NCBI GenBank assembly: GCA_034520565.1
Contig: JAXHNL010000001.1
Coordinates: 1 to 64,000, forward strand
Direction: 5' to 3'
Origin: Halodesulfurarchaeum sp.
GTDB taxonomy: Archaea; Halobacteriota; Halobacteria; Halobacteriales; Halobacteriaceae
Length of the DNA: 64,000 nucleotides
How positions within the stretch are numbered: position 1 is the stretch's first letter; every line of letters begins with the position of its first letter. The notes beneath the pieces were generated by a model. That model made no database searches, was not told where the DNA came from, and was given only the letters and a program-made list of their open reading frames with translations. Both the position numbers and the translations under genes were made by a program. Shown here piece after piece: positions 60,100 to 64,000 of the stretch.

Positions 60100-60630
60100 A
60101 TGACACGTGGGTTCTACATTGGCCGGTTCCAGCCGTACCACCGGGGCCATCATCGGGTAGTCGAGCAGATCGCAGCGGAAGTCGACGAAGTCGTGGTCGG
60201 GATCGGCAGCGCCGACCAGAGCCACACGCTCGAAAACCCCTTCACCGCCGGCGAGCGGATGATGATGATCACCAAGTGCCTCGCCGAACTTGACCTGGTC
60301 ACCTACGTCGTGCCGATCGAGGACATCAACCGGAACTCCGTCTGGGTCAGCCACGTGACCGCCATGAGCCCACACTTCGACGTGGCCTACTCGAACAATC
60401 CGCTCGTGATCCGGCTCTTCGACGAGTCCGGCATCGAGGTCAGACAATCCCCGATGTTCGAGCGCGAACAGTTGGAGGGCGAAACCATCAGGGAGCGAAT
60501 GCTGCAGGACGAGGGCTGGGAGGACCTGTTGCCCGAGCCGGTCGTCGAGACGATCGAGGAGATAAACGGCATCACCCGGATCCAGCACATCGGCGATACG
60601 GACAAGAGTGGGGCGGCCGACCCGGAATGA
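60100..60630 (+). CDS. nadM: Nicotinamide-nucleotide adenylyltransferase
   Basis: GRFQPYHRGH, GIGSA..SH..NPFTAGER, SNNPLV. Confidence 0.94.
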   Translation: MTRGFYIGRFQPYHRGHHRVVEQIAAEVDEVVVGIGSADQSHTLENPFTAGERMMMITKCLAELDLVTYVVPIEDINRNSVWVSHVTAMSPHFDVAYSNNPLVIRLFDESGIEVRQSPMFEREQLEGETIRERMLQDEGWEDLLPEPVVETIEEINGITRIQHIGDTDKSGAADPE

Positions 60631-61397
60631 TCACCCTCGCCAGCGACTTCGGCTCGCCCTATCCCGCGGCGATGAAGGGTGTTATTCTCGCAGAAACCGA
60701 CGCCCGACTCGTCGACGTGGCCCACGATTTACCGCGGCAAAACCGCCACACAGCAGCCTTCTGGCTCCGAGAAATCCTGCCGTATTTCCCGCCGGCGGTC
60801 CATCTGGTCGTCGTCGATCCGGGCGTGGGAACCGATCGGCGGGTGCTCGTCGTCGAAGCTGGCGAGCACCGCCTCGTCGGGCCCGACAACGGTGTGCTCG
60901 TCCCGGTCGCCGAGCGGCTGGCCGAGAAGCCCACCTACTATGCCACGACTCCCGAGGAACCAGCGAGTACAACGTTCCACGGTCGAGACGTGTTCGCGCC
61001 ACTCGCGGCGACGGTGCAGGAAGCGGGGCTCTCGGCGGTCGTCGACGGGAAGCGTTTTGCCGCCGTCACGGACGTCGAACGGATCGAATTTCCCGACCCA
61101 ACGGTCGACGATTACGAAGCGAAGGGCGAGGTGCTCGCGATCGACGACTTCGGCAACACGATCACGAACGTCCCGGGATCGTTTCTCGACGGCTCGTTCG
61201 GTGAGCCGATCCTCGTCGATGGACGGGAAACGGTGGTGGCCCGGACGTATGCGGCGGTCCCGCCCGACGAACAACTGGTGACAGTCGGCAGTCACGGCAA
61301 CGTCGAACTGGCCGTGAATCGGGGACGCGGCGACGAGGCCTTCGGCCTCGAAACGGGGTCGACGTTTTCTCTCACCGTCCCCGGGGACGAAACCTGA
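60627..61397 (+). CDS. SAM hydroxide adenosyltransferase (DUF62; SAM hydrolase/halogenase family)
   Basis: ITLASDFG, VVDPGVGTDRR, GPDNG, TFHGRDVFAP, DDFGN, ELAVNRG. Confidence 0.9.
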   Translation: MITLASDFGSPYPAAMKGVILAETDARLVDVAHDLPRQNRHTAAFWLREILPYFPPAVHLVVVDPGVGTDRRVLVVEAGEHRLVGPDNGVLVPVAERLAEKPTYYATTPEEPASTTFHGRDVFAPLAATVQEAGLSAVVDGKRFAAVTDVERIEFPDPTVDDYEAKGEVLAIDDFGNTITNVPGSFLDGSFGEPILVDGRETVVARTYAAVPPDEQLVTVGSHGNVELAVNRGRGDEAFGLETGSTFSLTVPGDET

Positions 61398-61451
61398 GCG
61401 GCCAACTGTGGGACCGTTAGTCCGATATGGAATGCCCTCCGAGAGTGGGGT

Positions 61452-62282
61452 ATGCTGGAGTTGGAGCACGGGTTCCAGGCGTTCGACGTCCACGCACGCC
61501 TGCACCCGGGACCGGGTCGTCCGATCCGGGGGAAGACGATCGACGCCGAGGGACTCCAACGCGAACTTCACCACGCGGGTATCGCCCAGGCCGTCGTCTT
61601 TCCGGGACCGGTCAGTGGCGAACGGGGGTACCTCCGGGCGAACAACGCGATCGCCAGACAGACCGTCGAGCGACCCCTGATCGCGATGGCACGGCTCGAC
61701 GGCCCCCGCGAAGGGGCCGGAACGGTCACGTCGACCCTCAAGGACGCCATTGCCCGGCCCGACGCCGCCCACACCACCCCGGACGACGTAAAGCAGTACG
61801 CCTATGACGACCGGTTTCACGGGTTCAAACTCGATCCGCCACGGGATGGGCTTCCAACCCCCGAGGTACTCGACGCCCTGGAAGACGTCGGGCTTCCAGT
61901 ACTCCTCTACGGCGGAACCGAGTTTCCACCCGAACAGGTCGACGAATTTCTGCTCGGACGGTCGATCCCGATCGTGCTGGCCCACTTCGGCGGCCACCCG
62001 GCAAACCGGGAGTTGATGACTCGAGCCATCGACCTGCTCGACCGGCGCGATTCGCTCTACCTCGATACCAGCGCGGTGCGGTATCGCGACTTGCTCGAAC
62101 GGGCCATCATGGAGCATCCGGACCGGATCCTGTTCGGGAGCGGTACCCCGACGGTCCACCCGAACGTCGGGGTGATGGAGATCCTGACCCTCGACGTTCC
62201 GGAAAACGTCATGGAGCGGGTGTTCACCAAGAATCCAGTCCGGATCCTACCTGTCCTCGAAGGTGGCCAGACGAGCCGGTGA
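61452..62282 (+). CDS. Amidohydrolase-2 family TIM-barrel protein
   Basis: DVHARL, GFKLDP, LAHFGG, LYLDTS, RILFGSG; metal ligands partly degenerate. Confidence 0.82.
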   Translation: MLELEHGFQAFDVHARLHPGPGRPIRGKTIDAEGLQRELHHAGIAQAVVFPGPVSGERGYLRANNAIARQTVERPLIAMARLDGPREGAGTVTSTLKDAIARPDAAHTTPDDVKQYAYDDRFHGFKLDPPRDGLPTPEVLDALEDVGLPVLLYGGTEFPPEQVDEFLLGRSIPIVLAHFGGHPANRELMTRAIDLLDRRDSLYLDTSAVRYRDLLERAIMEHPDRILFGSGTPTVHPNVGVMEILTLDVPENVMERVFTKNPVRILPVLEGGQTSR

Positions 62283-62291
62283 CCAGCCCGG

Positions 62292-63203
62292 CTACGGTTC
62301 ACACCGCGAGACGGGTCGGTTCTGCCGGGCCGAGAGCCCGTGTGGATTGCGCCGCGTGCTTCGGTCGGTCAGCCTCGCAGTCAGCCCCTCTTTGACCCCC
62401 TGGAGGACCTGTGTCACCGCCTCACGACCGTTCGTAAACCAGAGCGATGGTTTCACGTCACCGACCATGACGGATTTCGCCTCCGAGAAACCGCCCCGGC
62501 TGAGTTGCCCGATTAGTTTGCGTCCCGACTTCCACCCGAGCCCGTAGTTCTTCGCGACTCGATACCCCTGGGACCGGTATTCGAGGGCGTGGCGACGAGT
62601 GGCCGATTCGTCCTGCTGGGTTGGCTCCGCCGTCGACCGCAGTACCGTCGCTCCCGGCTCCCACCGAAGCGTTCGGTTTTGGCCAGCGAGCCGGTGAGCC
62701 AGATCGCGTGCCGCCCCGACCGCGAGGTGCTCGTCGAACCCGTCGAGAGACGTGATCGCCTCACGAGAGAAGACCACGTTGCCGCCGTCGAAAAACCGAA
62801 CCGTCCGCGAACCGATTTGGGCCTCTTCGAGTGATTCGGTCGTCACGTCCGCCCCCAGTTCCCGATGGACCGGGCCGGTGACCGCGTCGGCACCGGCCGC
62901 AAGCGCGGTCTCGACGGAACGCCGCCAGGAGGATTCGACCTGTGTGGCCTGGTCCAGGAACGCTATCGCGTCCCCGGAGGCGGCCGCCAACCCCGCGTTC
63001 CGTGCGACGTTCGGATTCCGTTCGGAGAGTTCCAGCAGGACATCCACCGCTTCGTGTTCGCAGACGAAGCCGGACGTGCCATCGGCAGACGGGCCGTTGG
63101 CCACGATCACCTCGACGTCCGAGAGGTGTTCGGCGATGGCTCCGAGCGTCGCCGGGAGTTCGGCCCGGCCGTTGAGCGTCGGAATCACCACCGAGAGATC
63201 CAT
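62292..63203 (-). CDS. Glycosyltransferase family 2 protein
   Basis: SVVIPTLNG, GPSADGT, ARNAG, GGNVVF, GFDE. Confidence 0.85.
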   Translation of the reverse strand: MDLSVVIPTLNGRAELPATLGAIAEHLSDVEVIVANGPSADGTSGFVCEHEAVDVLLELSERNPNVARNAGLAAASGDAIAFLDQATQVESSWRRSVETALAAGADAVTGPVHRELGADVTTESLEEAQIGSRTVRFFDGGNVVFSREAITSLDGFDEHLAVGAARDLAHRLAGQNRTLRWEPGATVLRSTAEPTQQDESATRRHALEYRSQGYRVAKNYGLGWKSGRKLIGQLSRGGFSEAKSVMVGDVKPSLWFTNGREAVTQVLQGVKEGLTARLTDRSTRRNPHGLSARQNRPVSRCEP

Positions 63204-63322
63204 GCCCCGGACAAACCACGGACACGCTTAAAACGTCTCGGGTTTCCGGCGCCGCAAACCCCGTATTCGGAGAATCATAGGCCACTGACCTGCACTGAGG
63301 CCCGATCCGTATCGCCAACCCG

Positions 63323-64000
63323 TCACTCACCGACCCGGGCAGTCCAGTAGGAGACAGTCGCGAGGCGCTCGCCCAGTTCCGATTCGAGCGTCGACTGGTC
63401 AAATTCCCGGAGACTGTCGGCCATCCAGTCCGGCATCTTCCGGTACAGGCCGTACGGGATGACGAAGTCGTGGGACTCCTCGACGAGCTCGAGGTCGGTG
63501 GCGGCGATGAGATCCCGGACTTCCCGGTCCTCGTAGAGCCGGGAGCCCATCGGGAGCGCCCAGTTGTAGACACTGCGGGCGCTGCCGGCGTTGAACGTGT
63601 CAAAAAAGACCAGTTCCTTTGACACCCGGGCCATCTCCGCGAGGAAGTCGTGGGGGGTGTCCGCGAGGTGGAAAAACCGCATGGCGAAGACCGCATCGAA
63701 GTGGTCGTCGGGAAACGGCAACCGGCCCGCATCACCGCGCATGAATTCGAGATGATCGTCGACGCCAGCCTGCTTTGCCTTCTCGCGACCCTGCTGGAGC
63801 ATCGGTCCCGAGATGTCGAGGCCGATGACGTCCGCGTCCCGCTCGGCGAGCATCACGGTAAACCGACCGGTCCCACAGGCGATCTCGAGGATGTTGCGAT
63901 CCGGGAGCGGCGAGAGCGCGGCGAGAACGGCTTCCTTCTCGCGGCGGTCGATAAGGCGGCCGCCACGGGAAAATCGCTTGTCCTCGTAGGCCTCCGCGAC
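63323..64000 (-). CDS. Class I SAM-dependent methyltransferase; 5' end outside window
   Basis: ILEIACGTGRF, GLDIS..ML, GDAGRLPF..FDAV; the frame is open to the window edge. Confidence 0.9.
   Translation of the reverse strand, partial: VAEAYEDKRFSRGGRLIDRREKEAVLAALSPLPDRNILEIACGTGRFTVMLAERDADVIGLDISGPMLQQGREKAKQAGVDDHLEFMRGDAGRLPFPDDHFDAVFAMRFFHLADTPHDFLAEMARVSKELVFFDTFNAGSARSVYNWALPMGSRLYEDREVRDLIAATDLELVEESHDFVIPYGLYRKMPDWMADSLREFDQSTLESELGERLATVSYWTARVGE

Larger units (their letters stand above)
9301..64000. other. Haloarchaeal (Halobacteria) chromosome segment
   Basis: High GC; very acidic proteins; archaeal genes (tfb, TFS, nreA, lonB, aroA'/aroB', mfnA, aglD); TATA-like boxes about 25-30 bp before leaderless starts. 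Confidence 0.97.

Noticed and set aside
60627-61397. Dedicated SAM-dependent chlorinase/fluorinase of a halometabolite cluster
   Set aside because: It retains the Asp-Arg-His triad of DUF62 hydrolases and sits in a housekeeping context.
14161-62159. Many long antisense or overlapping ORFs (e.g. 17512-19533, 23589-26144, 35713-37272, 39596-41782)
   Set aside because: Shadow ORFs expected from high GC and codon bias opposite real genes; no recognisable motifs and non-halophilic composition.
1-64000. CRISPR arrays, rRNA/tRNA genes, integrases, transposases
   Set aside because: None recognised on either strand by eye; intergenic spaces are short. A covariance-model scan would be needed to exclude small RNAs.

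Overview
The window joins two unrelated genomes at about position 9300. Positions 1-9300 are very AT-rich DNA from a clostridia-like anaerobic Firmicute. Almost every gene there is broken by indels, probably uncorrected long-read errors. Recognisable genes are rlmD, a bacteriohemerythrin, an ABC exporter pair, yihY, an S9 peptidase, a universal stress protein and asrC plus the 3' end of asrB. Positions 9301-64000 are GC-rich haloarchaeal (Halobacteria) DNA encoding acidic proteins. This part opens with a slightly lower-GC block (two convergent sensor kinases and an atypical TFS paralogue). A largely conserved core region follows: glycerate kinase, SDR, endonuclease V, rhomboid, polX, Mut7-C, nreA, topA, gatB, smc-scpA, mtnP, ppsA, mfnA, metG, pyk, nfeD-SPFH, aglD, yjjX, tfb-aroD, aroA'/aroB', trpCBA, lonB, nadM and others. 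I saw no tRNA, rRNA, CRISPR array, integrase or transposase, and I cannot claim a clearly new system. The best leads are: (i) a TFS/RpoM paralogue lacking the catalytic acidic hairpin, (ii) a translationally coupled small protein-PolX-Mut7-C operon divergent from rhomboid-endonuclease V, (iii) a 4-TM protein with a HiPIP-like four-cysteine tail, (iv) a small coiled-coil gene leading smc-scpA with no scpB beside it, (v) an alkyltransferase-like protein with PDHRV in place of PCHRV, and (vi) TGTACA TRP-box-like sites at the trpCBA promoter. All family calls come from reading motifs, not from database searches.
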